A DNA stretch of 63,090 nt, filler included, from Nemertoderma westbladi (lineage: Eukaryota; Animalia; Xenacoelomorpha): NCBI GenBank assembly GCA_032718475.1. It is 3 parts of 3 records of this genome, joined end to end, with 100 filler letters (N's around TTAATTAATTAA, not from the genome) between each part and the next. Parts side by side here need not be neighbours in the genome. Positions count along the whole stretch, not along the records: positions 21,334 to 46,525 come from JAUCBJ010005867.1; positions 46,626 to 63,090 come from JAUCBJ010002015.1; 1 more part is not named here. One strand, 5' to 3'. The notes under the pieces are model-generated. The model saw only the letters and a list, made by a program, of their open reading frames with translations. It had not been told where the DNA came from and did not search any database. The position numbers and the translations under genes were made by a program. Positions 34,509-48,014 of the stretch are shown in pieces (the stretch's first letter is position 1; every line of letters begins with the position of its first letter).

Positions 34509-36353
34509 CATAAATCTACAGGAGCTAATAAACCAACAGGTTGATGCCATCAATGATGCTGACGACAGCAGGCAATCATCCCAGGCATGGAAATCGATCA
34601 ATCTGCTTACTGGGCGTAAAAGCCAACCAACCACCAAGGTTAAGGCTGAATCACCAGCCGATCGCCTCAATGGTTGGAAAGCCCACTTTGAAAAGCTCCT
34701 CAATAATGACAGGGTATTGCCTGATAACTTTATAGAAGTAAAAGTGTCTGAGTCTGTACTCCCAGATATTCCCATTGGCGATATCTCCTTTGCAGAAGTG
34801 AAGGCTGCTGCAAAGAGCATTAAGACCAATCGTGCCAGTGGAGTAGATGGTGTTCCCCCTGAGGTCTTTAAAATACCTGAGTGTTTAACGCTCATCTATC
34901 CCATCATAGTAGACATGTACCGAACAACAAGAGTCCCACAAGAAATGAAAACAAATAAGTTGGTGCCAGTTCCCAAGAAGGGCAACCTAACACTCTATGG
35001 TTCTATTCGGGGAATCTCATTGATCTCGATTGCTGCAAAACTATACAATAGGATTCTATTAAATCGCATCAGGGATCCCATTGAGAGACTGCTCCGTGGA
35101 AATCAGAATGGGTTCCGTAATGGTCGTGGGACCATGGAGCCCATTTTGGCACTTAGAAGGATAATTGAAGAGTTATCAAAAAAGAAAGACAGGCATCTGG
35201 CTGTTATCTTTGTTGACTTCTTCAAGGCCTTTGATTCAGTCTCTCGCTCACGTATGTTCAGCATACTTTCATTATATGGGATTCCTGATGAAATTATTGC
35301 AGCAATCAGATCAGTATACGATGGTTCGACAACATTTGTGTCTACTGTTGACGGTGACACAGAACCATTTGAAGTGTTATGGGGCGTCCTCCAAGGAGAC
35401 ACACTTGCACCATTCTTGTTCATTATTGTGGTTGACTATGTTCTACGTATGTCCTTAGATCATTATAATGATGATGGGGTGATGATAACTCCACCTACTG
35501 GCTCCAGAAGTCGAGGAAATCCTGCCAAGTACCTAACTGATCTAGACTTTGCTGATGACTCTCAGAATCACTAGAGGGAGCCCAATGGCTCCTCAGCTCA
35601 TTAGAACATGCTGCTTCTAGTGTTCGTCTTTTTATTAACTCCAGAGAGACCAAAATTTTGACAGTTAACTTTGAAAGTTCTCAGCAAGTCTCCGATCGGT
35701 TGAGCATAAGCTCAACGGATGGTATGCTTGAGCATGTGGACGACTTCTGTTACCTGGGATCATGGATCCGGAAGTCAGGTGAGGACCTTCGAATACGTAA
35801 GGGAAAGGCATGGGCAGCCTTGAATAGGCTTTCCAGGATTTGGAAGTCAACGAGAATTAATCGGAAACTTAAGGTCCGATTATTTAGAGCAGCAGTAGTT
35901 CCAGTACTCCTCTATGGGAGTCCATGCTGGGCTCTAACTGCTGAGGACACCATATCTCTGGATGGCACATTCACAAGAATGCTACGCCAGGCTCATTGTG
36001 TCAAGTACAATGCACACATCTCCAACCAGACACTTATAACATTGGAGGTGTCTCATTGGTTCCCCCAAGCTTGACACTAGAACAAAATCGCTTCCGCTTT
36101 GCAGGACATTGCTTTCGCCGTGAGGACCAGCCAGTGCATAATCTTGTACTTTGGCAGCCTCATGGAGTGAATAAGCATGGTGGACAGCCTATGACTTTCT
36201 TGAGATGCATCATAAAGGACACTGGCCTTGAAGATGCGGATGGTCTAGCAAATGTCATGGGTGATAGGGAGTTGTGGCGGCTCAATTTTGTCGACAAGCT
36301 GGCACAGCATTCTTAAAAATGCAGCTGCAATGCAGCATGCCGATACTAGTAGT
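34509..36353 (+). mobile_element. 5'-truncated RTE-clade LINE, frameshifted, with (TAG)n tail
   Basis: RASGVDGVP, IRGISLIS, NQNGFR, FVDFFKAFDSV, GVLQGDTLAPFLF, DLDFADD, RFRFAGHC. Confidence 0.9.
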
Positions 36354-37304
36354 GAGTTGTACCTCTACTGGAGATCTATACAAATAATACAATATACAGC
36401 TTTAATGGAAAACAGAAAAAAAAATTGCTGACTGGACACCATGTGAATCCACTGGACAACCACTAGACAACTAAAATAAACCTGTACCCTATAGTGGTTA
36501 CACAATTAATGCTTAACTCCTGGTGGGCCTGCTCTACATCCCTCAATTTTTTACATTATCCATCATGGTCCATCTTATGCACAATTAGGTTATATGTGTT
36601 GATTGTCTAGCATACCCTATAGAAAACCCTCTTCTGGCTTTGTTAATGCCCTGATCATTGTCTTGGAGAACAGCATCAGGCAGATGAGCTCTATGTAAAA
36701 ATGGTGAAGAGTTTTGGAGCGAAAGTCTCATCTTGTGTTGATATTGTCATCTTTATCAATGATTGAGATGGAATTGACCCAACTGTGTGCTTTACAATCA
36801 ATTCTCAATTCTGTAACACAATCACTTCTTCATGATATAGTACCCGAATGCAGCAAGGAGTTTCACTTGTATGATGATGTATAGTAGTATATGGGAGGAG
36901 AAGTTCCCCTAATGATCTTCAATACCAATATCGCAATTGCAACTTGACATTATGTAAGCGGATCCATTTCATGTACGTACACCTCATACCCATAAAATGG
37001 GGGGTGGACTGATTTATCAATCAGTTAAGGTATGCAGCCAATAAGGCATACCACAAAATGAATGATGCAACAATGTTAGCCAAGAGGTGTTAGTTACAAC
37101 TCACCTATCACCTTAGGGAATAGAGGCTAACATAGGCCCAAGGGGACATAGGGATTGTAAGGCTAGGATAAGCCAACCAATTGGAGGGCCATGGATGGCA
37201 ATTACTACTGGGAGATGAGTATCGTTTGGTTGGCCAATTATACGTGTTAAGGCTATCTAATGTGTCAATCCTGCCATGAACCCACTAGCCAACCAGGATC
37301 CCGC

Positions 37305-38210
37305 ATTAGAGCAATGACTTTGAACAATTCTTCGCGATTTTCGCATTCTTCGCAAACGTCGCAATTTTTGTGAAGATTGTGAAAATCGCGAAATTTCGCA
37401 AACGTCGCGATCTTTTGTGTATAACAATACTATAGGTGGAGTTTTGCAAACGTCGTGATCTTCACGATATTTTGTGTTTACCAATACTATAGGTGGAGCT
37501 TCGCAAACGTAGCGATCTTTGCGAATGTTCTAGAACATTCATATATATTTTTTCATATATATTATTTACAATTTTTCTAGAATAAAATATATTATTAGTT
37601 CTAGAGAAAAAAAAATATTTTTAAATAAAATAGCTAAAATGTTCTATAGTATTATATGACACTATTATTATTAGTATTGTTCGCAGAATTCTAGAGTGTT
37701 ATATATATACAGACAGATGGTATAAAATTGTATTCTAGAAGTCCATGTATTTGTGTGGGCCTTCCAGAAATTTTGCTATTTTTGCGTCACTGTACCTATA
37801 ATGGTATTAATAAATAATATTATTAAAGGTGGAGAAATTTTTTTATCGAAGCTCCACATATAGTATTGGTAAACACAAAATATCGCGAAGATCGCGACAT
37901 TCGCGAAGCTCCACATATAGTATTTGTAAACACAAAATATGTAGCGAAGATCGCGACGTTCGCGAAGCTCCACATATAGTATTGGTAAACACAAAATATT
38001 GCGACGTTTGCGAAGCTCCACCTATAGTATTTGTAAACACAAAATCTCGTGAAGATTGCGACGTTTGCGAAGCTCCACCTATAGTATTGGTAAACACAAA
38101 ATATCGCGAAGATCGCAATGTTTGCGAAATTTCGCGATTTTCGCAATAATCGCGACGTTTGCGAAGATCGCGAAAATCGTGAAGAAATGATCAAAATCGT
38201 TGCCTTACTC
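37305..38210. mobile_element. Foldback/MITE-like element with internally repetitive (~59-bp) inverted arms and AT-rich centre, in an MFS intron
   Basis: 37307-37525 is an inverted copy of the 37845-38208 repeat array (CGCGA/TTCGC-rich); GGATCCC on both flanks may be a TSD. Confidence 0.6.
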
Positions 38211-38448
38211 GGATCCCATCATACATTACCCTTTGCATTGGTGGGGTAAGTTTCCAGAAACTGGTGGGGAAGGCACAATGAGCTTATACGAGTTTGTAGA
38301 GCGGGTACACATATAGGTACTGATGCTGGGAACTGCCCAGCATAGCAGAGGGTTTCTTTTAACTTATACTATAACCTCAACCTTACTGTATTCAACAGTG
38401 TCTGAGGGTTCCAGATAACTTTCCTGTTAATCATATCACTCAACTCAC

Positions 38449-38972
38449 CTTATATAAACTGCCAGCCAAGCTGTAGCAAGCCAAGTTACCACCACCCAGG
38501 GTAAAAGCTTCAATGATGCGACAAACGAAACAAAGAACAATATAAGATACACCAGGTGGACCCAAATCCAATATGCCAAATAAAGCCATAGAAGCACCAG
38601 CCAATATATATCCCGATATTAGTACAACCTTAACCGCAATATTTGGGATAAAATTTCCCAAAATAATGTATGAAAGACACCTTATTCCAGCATAAACACC
38701 AAACAGGATGCCAATGAGAGATCATTAAAGCCACGAGTGATGGCCCTGGTAGTAAAGAATGCAGCTGGCAGAGAGAAACACATTCCTGCACTGAAAGCTT
38801 GGATAACCAAAAGGATTGTATTAGTAAGACGATGTCTAATAATCCTCCATAAAATATTCCCGGAATTATTTTTTAAAATGATTGTTGAATCACGAACGTC
38901 TTCATCAGGTTTACTTGTACATTTATAATCATCAATAACATCAACATCTGATAGAGCTATGATTTTCTTCAT
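38449..38972 (-). pseudogene. SLC18B1-like MFS transporter copy 3, N-terminal exon with 1-nt deletion near 38722; C-terminal exon missing
   Basis: Paralog of 22123-22647; 524 nt; donor GTGAGT at 38448. Confidence 0.8.
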
Positions 38973-39131
38973 TATAACAATTTGGCAAAGTAAGTGAAAG
39001 ATGATAGCAACACGAATAATATCTGTAACTCTGATTGTGTATTAATAATGAATCAATTGATAATGTATGTATGTATATTTATATATACAGTATTAGGCCT
39101 AAAGTTAAAACGTCTTCAGATTGCTGTCTGG

Positions 39132-39530
39132 CTGTGTTTCAATGTTTCAATGTTTATTTTACCCTTCAAATAATAATTCAAAATAACAATAACTCAGTAT
39201 AAAATAGAAATTAACATGAATACATACTATATATGGTAAGTTCTATATAAAAGGGTACTGGAGAACAGCCAAATAGCAGGGCTAGTAAACGGCTGCCCAC
39301 CAGGAGGATGGGATTATATAAAATGTAAATATATGTAACATTTGATAGAATGGATGTAGTAAGTAGTGGTTTGAAGTAATATTATACTGTAGGGTGTTGC
39401 AGATGCAGAATAGAGAGGTGAAGAAGAAGATGGCATATAGATAGATAGATAATGTAGGTAAGGTAGAGTAGAAAGTAGATAGATAAGAATAGGAAGGATA
39501 GGGACTATGTATTAGGAGTGCTAATTTAGC
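39132..39530 (-). mobile_element. Short LINE-like 3' fragment inserted relative to the paralogous unit
   Basis: Absent at ~24955 in the paralog; AATAAA-like signal and (ACATTGAA)n tail on the minus strand. Confidence 0.45.
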
Positions 39531-41163
39531 TGGATGTACTGCTGCCAAATTATGCCTCTATTTCTTATTTCTAATCTCATTAGTCATATTTCTTTGGATG
39601 TTTGTTTCTCAAGTTAAATGTTAGGCTGTTGCTTCTTTTTCATATCCAAGTTTTAGAAAGCAATAAATACCAGAAAAGCCAGTCCACTCTCCACACCAAA
39701 CACAGGAATGACGAGTAGGAATCATGATGATCTGAATCATGGTAGGAATTATTTACTAAAATTAATTAGCAACATATTTAGAATTGGCAAAATGAGACAC
39801 ATTTCTAGCAAAACGTTTTAGAACCAAGAATATGCATTACCATACTGTGATTACTCTCAAAGGTATTTGGCAAAACAATCTAACAATGTACCGGTACAGA
39901 ATGTACTGGGGTTTAGGCCTACTCTATATCATCTGTATAGATTTATTGGACATGATTTCCTTGTCAAAACTGGTACGAAATTTCATTGCAAATGGCTTTT
40001 CCCCATACTTATACAGCATGGCAATACAGTACGGTAAAGTATGGCGGATTAATTAAAATTAATAAATTAGACTTTTGATCATGCATGAGCTGGTGAAAAA
40101 ATTAGTATATTAATATAAATTGTAAACTTTTCAACCTAACAGTCTGGATTATAGTTAATCCACAACTACAGGATACTAAAATCCAATACCACTCTATTTT
40201 TTTGTGCAGACATATAGCTTACAAGCTTCGAGCACAATGCTTATCCCTCAAAAGTGGGGTAACTAAAACAATACATGAGAGATTTGAATATCGTAGAAAA
40301 ACAATTTAATACCGTTTCGACACCCAATATCCTGTCATCAAGAAATGTACACCAAATTATCACTGTACAAACACCAATAGTATATCATATTGAAGTAGAT
40401 TTTAAACAAAGACACTCCAAGATTAATAGTCTCAAATGTGATGCACCTTGGACCACTTCCAGGAAGACACTTACTGAAACTGACTAATAATACATTTCTG
40501 ATTAATAAGTAGTGATAGTGTTCTATCACTACTTATCACTACAGTCGATAACACTTCTCAAGGTAGTAAGTCAAGGTAGTAAGGTACCAGGTTATTTGGT
40601 GATGTTATCGATATTAATCATTATGTAAAGGAAAAGGAATTGGGTCATAAATTCATATTTTATTGACAATAATAATTCAATTAAATTAATAATTCAACTA
40701 CATCAAAAGTGTATATTATGGCCAAGATTTTACGGACATGTCTGCTGACTAGTCTGTCGAGTTGGCAAATGCTGTCTCAGATCCAGGGCTTTGGGCATAG
40801 GTGACATGCAGAAAAACTACGGTTCATATACTACTTTTTACATGTTGTCTACTGTTGGTGGGTATTGTTTGGTGCAAATACGAACCTTTTAGGGCCGTAT
40901 AGTGAGACCTCTAGTATTCACTCCATTGCTGTTGTTGGTGTTTCCAGTTGGGTTTTAGTTTTATAAGGCTTCATATAGCGCAGTGGCGAAGTTGGTGGAG
41001 CGCTGGATTTGGAATCTCTAGGAACCGAATTCAATCACTTTCTGGTGAATTTTTTGGCAGTACAATTGGTAGTAAGCCATTCAAGGAGACAGTTCATGCG
41101 TTAGTAGATGCAGACCTTTGCGCGATTTCGTGCTTTTAAATACCGTAAATAAAAGAGACTTAT

Positions 41164-41686
41164 GGAGATGTTCACCCATCTCCATCATATAACGTTCACT
41201 CATTTATGCTTAATCTCCCACAGTCTCCGCATAGAAACATGGTGATGGGGCAGGGTACCTAGGAAAGACCGTGTGTGTCCTTGCGATAACTTAATCGCTA
41301 CAGGACGAGGCTCATGTTATTCTAGAATGCCCTATCACTAAACAGGCCAAAGATTTAGCTCCAGATTTAGCTTAAGATAATCTCAACACGTTTTTCGAGT
41401 CGAGCGATATACTTAAAATATGTAAAGTTATAAATGAGGCAGTTGATCTATTAAGTAAGGTATTGTAATGAGGTGTATGAGGTGGGTCATATACATACTG
41501 TTTATCCATCGTAAGTTTCCAATAGTGAATTCTGTTAGGTTATTATGTCAGTGCGGTTTATCGGTTCTTTGTAGGTTTTTGTTATACTATATGTCCATAT
41601 TACCATGGACAATTAATTGTTAATGTGCAATAATTATTTAATATCTTGGTGTCCGATATCTAATTGTCAATCAAAAAATAAATTCA
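41164..41686 (+). mobile_element. 3' fragment of a non-LTR retrotransposon (C-terminal zinc knuckle)
   Basis: Translates ISHSLRIET..RVPRKDRVCPC..QDEAHVILECP; absent at ~27868 in the paralog. Confidence 0.65.
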
Positions 41687-41995
41687 TAGTAAAAAAAGTA
41701 AATATCATGGCCATTGTATATAAAGTACAATGCACAAAATTATTTAGTTCCCTCAAGATGCGAGGAGATTTTATGGTAATTCCTTTGAGTTTCTTCTTCA
41801 TAGCGAAGAAGTTGTTTACTAGAAAAGTGCAGCGCTGCAAATGCGATTTGTCGATTTTTGGGTTATCAAACTCGAGGAGATATCTGATTCGAGTTTCAGA
41901 TTCAATATTTCTACAATCCAGGTTAGGTTCAGTTTCATAAACTTTATTATCATTAGCTATTATCCAAATAGATGTTTGGTTGCTTTTATTAACTT

Positions 41996-42910
41996 CTATC
42001 CACTCAGAAGGGGCTCCTTTTCATCTTCCACAACTTGTTGCCTCCCATCATCATCTGTCATAACTGGTGCAAATATTTCCCTCCCAACATACTTATAATA
42101 AAGTACCAATACAATAGCCGGAATCATCACAATAATGTTGAATCCACAGAAAACTGTAGCAGCTAAAGGAAACTTTATATATTGAGCCAATGGCCCGGCA
42201 ACTAGTGGACCAATAAATAGACCACAAGCACCTGGGCTGGTTACAAGGGACATCACAACTGTGTGGTTACCGATAGTTTGTGGCCATTGAAGGCGGTATT
42301 TGTAAATTTTAAGCAGCGTTTCTATATAAGGTGTCACCAATGACATTCCAAATCCTAACAAAGCAGTTCCAACAATTACAATGCTAATTCTATCTGGTAA
42401 GTTCAATAAAGGTGATGGCCCCATCAGTAACAATCCTATTATACCAACCAAATGGGAAACAATCATCACTATCAAAGTGTTGATTGTTCTATATCTGGCC
42501 AGAAATGCACCCCATGCTAATCCTGTTGAAACGTTTATAAGTGGAGCTATAAGAAACATTGATCCAACTTCTGCAGGAGACAACTCATATACATTCACAA
42601 GATGAATAGCGAATGTTGTTTCATAGAAACCCATACCCATAGCTATAACAAACAACATGGCGACTGCAGATAAACATACCTTGTCTTTGAGTAAATCAAA
42701 TATCGTCTTTGTAGTGACAATTTTGCTGGGTTTGATGCTAGGGAGAGAGATTATGTTTACTAATGCGATAACTACTTCAGTTCCTCCAAGGATTACAAAC
42801 GGAGTAACAAAGTTGGTGTACTGGTATAGAATTCCTCCCAGGGCAGGTCCGCACATTGTTCCTCCAAAGAAGGCGTTGTGAATAAGTGATAAAACAAATA
42901 TTTTTTCTTT
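41996..42910 (-). CDS. SLC18B1-like MFS transporter copy 4, C-terminal exon (intact); first exon not found before the gap
   Basis: Paralog of 28212-29126, same length (915 nt), acceptor CCCACAG at 42911. Confidence 0.8.
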   Translation of the reverse strand, partial: KEKIFVLSLIHNAFFGGTMCGPALGGILYQYTNFVTPFVILGGTEVVIALVNIISLPSIKPSKIVTTKTIFDLLKDKVCLSAVAMLFVIAMGMGFYETTFAIHLVNVYELSPAEVGSMFLIAPLINVSTGLAWGAFLARYRTINTLIVMIVSHLVGIIGLLLMGPSPLLNLPDRISIVIVGTALLGFGMSLVTPYIETLLKIYKYRLQWPQTIGNHTVVMSLVTSPGACGLFIGPLVAGPLAQYIKFPLAATVFCGFNIIVMIPAIVLVLYYKYVGREIFAPVMTDDDGRQQVVEDEKEPLLSG

Positions 42911-44944
42911 CTGTGGGATACAAAAGAAATAAATAATATATTAATTTAGAGCTAATTATACTACAGTATTCCTGCACAGTATATGTACGGATGTTTTTTA
43001 TTAATAATAAGTGAATTGTTGTGGGGTGAGTGACGGTAAATTAAATATATAATGTATCAGGACAATATGATAATGCTCTCCATAGCGAAAAATATCAACC
43101 GACCTTATTGGAGCTCGGACCCGGTACCTAGGTTTCAAACTTCCGGTTATCATCAGCGGGGTGTGTGTACTGAGCTACCAGATCGGATGAAGATTTCGCT
43201 ATGGAGTGGGATATCATATTTAGGCCAACTAATCACTCAAAGGAAAGTACAACAAACATTATTCCCGTGCTCTGCCAGAAATGGCAACCATGCCTCAGAG
43301 AATAACTATTATACAGTGTTGTAGAAACCACTGTAACATATCTGATAGGCAAGCATCCAACCCAGAACCGATTCTTTCACTTTGAAAGGAGCATTATAGG
43401 AATGCATTTGAAACATATCTGTAAATTTTCCTTATGAACAGATTGTAGATCCAAGATAAACTTCTTGGCAGGATCAATGTATTTATCACTTTGTACCATG
43501 GCTGCTGTGACTTGTACCCCATGTGTTATTAATATGACACATTAATATGACATATCCCTCTACTGGAGAACTATACAAATAATAGAATATTCTGCTTTAA
43601 AATAAAACTGACTGGACACAATGTGAATCCGATGGACAACTAAAATAAACCTGTATCCTATAGTGGCTATACAATTAATGCTAACTCTTGGTTTTCTCCT
43701 GGTTGGCCTGCTCTACATTCCTCAATTTTTTTATATTATCCATCATGCTCCATCTTATGCACAATTAGGTTATATGTGTTGATTGCCTGCATACAATTGT
43801 AAATCCTCTTCTGGCCTTGTTAACGCCCTGAGTTCTGCATTCATTCTCAATGTCAGTGATTCAGACTTTGTTACCGTGTCTGCCCATCATTTCAGTGTTG
43901 CGATAAGCGCAGTGCGGCAGTGAAGTGAGACTTAAGATTATAAGAGTGAGACTACTTGATAACTATAAGAGTATCAAGTACCGGTACCATTGGACCATGT
44001 TTAAATAAGTATACCCTATGATCCTGGTTACGTCACAAATTGGTGAGTGCTTTATTTAATGTTAATAATGCAATTTATAGTTGAGACCTACAGAGCTACC
44101 AGTAGTGTCTGTATTATATTTAGATTCCTATTATTTTATTTAGTAAATCCGGTGGTTAAATAGAATTTAGCAATTTTGATCGGATCGTGGGAATGTGTTA
44201 TTTATTTGCTGTAGGGTAGGTTGCGCAGGGTACTTATCTTTACAGGACTTGCTGATAAATATAACACACCAAAAGTGTGGGCTTAGTGCAAAGATATAAT
44301 ATTTCTGATCTAGATTTGGACTAGCTGAGAAAGTAATGTTCTTCGATAAGACTCGGAAATAAGCACTTTTTGTCACTAATTTTAATTGACCCAAATTCAA
44401 TTATGCTGTCCGAGAGTTTTAGGTTTTGCAGGAATTGCACCTAAAATACCATCAAAATTCAATACACGAGGGCTGAACATCTGAATTTCGGTTAAATTAA
44501 ATTAACGGTACAGTAGTGACAAGAAGTTATTTCTGACACGTTTTTTTTTATCAACAACTAATTTATCCTTTTTTTTTATCTATTAGGGCCTATGTTTATA
44601 AAACTATTATATTATTAATTATTATAGAATTTTGCACCTTTCAGATGAATTTGATTGATTATATTACAGCTACTTTTATGTTTCTGTGAATTCGCCCCCT
44701 AGTGTCAGACAGAGGAACTGTAGAAGTCTGTACTTGTTTAGACTTTCTCATTCAGCAATGCTTATTAGTCACTCCTACCAATTTTCAGATCAATCTAATG
44801 GTTAGTTCTATAAGTACATCTACTTCTACGTTTATTTCAATTCGCCCCCTAGCGGCAGACATGGGAACTATAAAAGTCTGTCTTTGTGTAGAATTTCTTA
44901 TTCTGCATCAATCCTATTTTATTTAAACTTGTTTAAACAAATAC

Positions 44945-45018
44945 TAATTGGACGATGAGGTGTTACTGACTCTGATGTCTCATGTGGAGGCTATTCTAAA
45001 TAGTCGACCTTTAACACC
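44945..45018 (+). mobile_element. Bel/Pao integrase fragment
   Basis: Translates LDDEVLLTLMSHVEAILNSRPLTP; EAILNSRPL is a hallmark of Bel/Pao integrase. Confidence 0.7.
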
Positions 45019-45927
45019 TTGAATTGAAGTGAATTTATTTATTTCCTCAAAATTTATATAAAAACAACAAACTAAACAATACCACAGAATCTGCTGGGTA
45101 CTTTGGAATGTGGGTGGACCGTCGCTATAGCAGAGCTAGTGTTGCCTTGGCCCACTGACATATAAGGAGGAATATTTGGCAGTGCAAAAAGTGCGGGAAT
45201 ATCTTAAAAACTTAAATCGGTTGGGTGAACTGTGGCAACACTGGAGTGGCATCAGAGTGGTGTTGAGGCAATGTAAGGTAGATCATACAGTTAATAGATA
45301 GATAGGCAATGGGTGTTGAATTAAAGGATTATACTCTATAGTCAGATGATATAGGTCAGATCAGTCGTAAGAGAACTATGATTTACTAATATTGTTAACC
45401 GGGAGGCGAAGGAAGGGATACAGATGGAATGAATATATGAGAAAACGGGTAAATTAAACAGCAAACATGGGATTAGTGCCATCAGTCCAGAGACAGATAA
45501 TCAAACAGATATTTTTTAACAGCATGATCGAAGGATGGACAAAATCGGATATCATGGAGAAATTCTGGCAAAGCATTTCAGAGGAGCGGACCTTGGGCAG
45601 ATACTGACTGGTGATGGACTTCAAGGCGTATAGGAGGAAGGTGAAACAGACCCATGTGGCAGCGCGCATACTGTAGGAGTGAATGGAAGATGCTTTAACA
45701 AACAAGTAAGGAAGTGGATGGGAGGGATTAGGGTGGATATTGTACATTAAAAGTGACAACTGGTGCGTATATAGGCGATCTAGTGGTAAAATTCGTAATT
45801 TTTGATATATAGGGAAAGCAGAAGAATGGTAATGGCTGAAGGTAATACATCGGGCAATTTTATTTAATTTAGCTTTAAGAGGTTGCAAAAGAGAGCTCTA
45901 AGTACAACCCCAGGCAATAAGGCCATA
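45019..45927 (-). mobile_element. 3' fragment of an L2/Crack-type LINE
   Basis: YGLIAWG..NKIARCITFSHYHSSAFPIYQKLRILPL..HSYSMR; AATAAA plus (TTCAA)n tail at 45019-45045. Confidence 0.75.
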
Positions 45928-46350
45928 TGATGTTTGACAACCACGACTTTAGAGGGATTGTGATATTAATATGAAAACAATAAAATAGGACTAAATCTCC
46001 GAAACCCTTTTATTTTTATAAAATTTATTACTTAGACTTACCTTTTCGGCGGACAAAATGTCCTATATTTTTCGTAATTTATGGGATAGCCTATTTCGTG
46101 CAATACTTACCGGAACCTGTAGTTACTGTATGGTTTGGTGTAATTTTTCTTGTGGTAGTTGGGTTGGGTTATGTAGCACTAAAATCGATTTGGTATTTTG
46201 TTTTTTGATGGGCCTGAGTGCCTGAGTACTAACAGTGGCCCAAGTGGCCCTAAATGCTAGGTAGTAACTGAGGGATAAGACCCCATGTCCTATTTTATTG
46301 TTTTCATATTAATATCACAATCCCTCTAAAGTCGTGGTTGTCAAACATCA
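45928..46350. mobile_element. MITE with perfect 64-bp TIRs, flanked by TA
   Basis: 45928-45991 is the exact reverse complement of 46287-46350. Confidence 0.85.
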
Positions 46351-46525
46351 TATAATTATATATTTAGAGGGGTATTTTCTGACATCTGCGCAATTTTGTT
46401 TAAAAATCTGATCATTTATCTGTACATACCGGTAGGTGCTAATTGGGGTTGGTTGCATTCAGTGGGAAATCATGTTTGTGCATTTGGGGCTGATGGTAAC
46501 AAACATTGGGGGTGGGTGGTTTCAA

Positions 46526-46625
46526 NNNNNNNNNNNNNNNNNNNNNNNNNNNNNNNNNNNNNNNNNNNNTTAATTAATTAANNNNNNNNNNNNNNNNNNN
46601 NNNNNNNNNNNNNNNNNNNNNNNNN
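46526..46625. other. Scaffold gap with TTAATTAATTAA linker
   Basis: Same spacer as 21234-21333. Confidence 0.95.
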
Positions 46626-48014
46626 GCTAGCCGTTAACTGTTTATTTATGCAGTCTTGATTCTCTTGAATGTTTTCCAATTCTAATTGGTTGGTTTCTTC
46701 GGCCGCTTTTGCCTCTGCCGCTGCCGCTTTTGCCTCTGCCGCTGCCGCTTTTGCCTCGGCCGCTGCCTCTGCCGCTGCCGCTTTTCTTTCAGCTTCGGCT
46801 ACTTTCCTTTCCGCTTCGGCAGCTGCTACTGCTGCTTTCTTTCTGTCTTCTATACGTTTTTTCTTGACTTGTTCTTCTTGGACTCGTGTGATGCGGAGTT
46901 GTTCATCAAATTTAGCCTGGTTCGCAGCCCTCATTTCCACATCGATGGCATCCAACACAAGCTTGGTTCCTTCACTATTAGGTCTAAGTCCCTCTAACCT
47001 TCTCCTCAACTCGTCATCACCTAAAAAACGTTGATAGTCTGACAGATAGATGTCAATGGCATCCCTCTTATGCGGTTTCTCTGCCGTCGCTTCACTTTCC
47101 ACTTGGGAAAAAGTAGCGTCTGTTGATTCTCCATGGGTTGAGCGCTCCTCTAGCTGAGCTTTCCACTGAGCTGTTCCTTGAACCTGGAGACTCACCCTTT
47201 GAAACCAAGTCTTTACGGCAACTTGCAACGACGTGTCTTGTCTTCTTTTAGAAGCCTCTTCAAAGGCGGATAAGATTAGCCTAATTCGCAGAACTCTTTC
47301 TCTAACTTGATAAAGCAGCGATCCCTGCTCTTGAGGTCCTTGAGGTTGTTGAAACAGTTGTCTTTCTACTCGCTCCATAGAGCTGAAGAATCCCTGTGCG
47401 TATCCGGCTGCGGACCTCTTCCATACAGCTGGATCAATGGTTTCCTTGGCTACTCCCATCCGGTGTATGTCTTCCCAGGCAGCTTCTGATAAATCAAACG
47501 GGAGTCCGGGTCCGGGGAAGTTCCATTGCGACTCGACAATAGACTTCAGTTCTTCACTCGTGTATCCCGCGTAACTATCTCTAGTTGACCGTTGACTTTT
47601 CGCCCAATCGATCTGGTGTTCTTCTACCACGATCAATAACCTAGTGAGTACGGCTGCAGGAAGGATGAGAAGGGGATCCGCATAAACCGCATCCGTCATC
47701 TCGGCTCCGCGCTCGGGTGTCAGCTCTACAGTATCCTCACTACTGGAGCTGCTGGGCCGCTGAGGAATAAGTTCTTGACTAGCGGGTTGTTGCTGTTCCG
47801 CTGCTTGTTGGTCCCGCTTGACCTGAGCTCGTGTGCCTATGATAGACCTACGATGTTGGACTAGCCTAGGTTCTGTTATTACTACTGGAGGGATGACCTT
47901 CCTCACAGTGGGAGGTGAACTGAACTTACGACCAGACGGTTGTACGTCTCGATCTGAGTTGCAGATAGTTACATCTAATAAACTGTCTGACAGGTTCTGC
48001 TTAGTATCAGACAT
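46626..48014 (-). CDS. Uncharacterised coiled-coil protein (>460 aa, truncated by gap), probable Gag N-terminal region
   Basis: Long open frame from an ATG; E/K/A-rich AEAKAAA repeats; no recognisable domain. Confidence 0.55.

Noticed and set aside
43869-44050. Possible short LTR (TGTT...GTCACA) belonging to the Bel/Pao remnant
   Set aside because: No partner LTR, TSD or convincing PBS was found.
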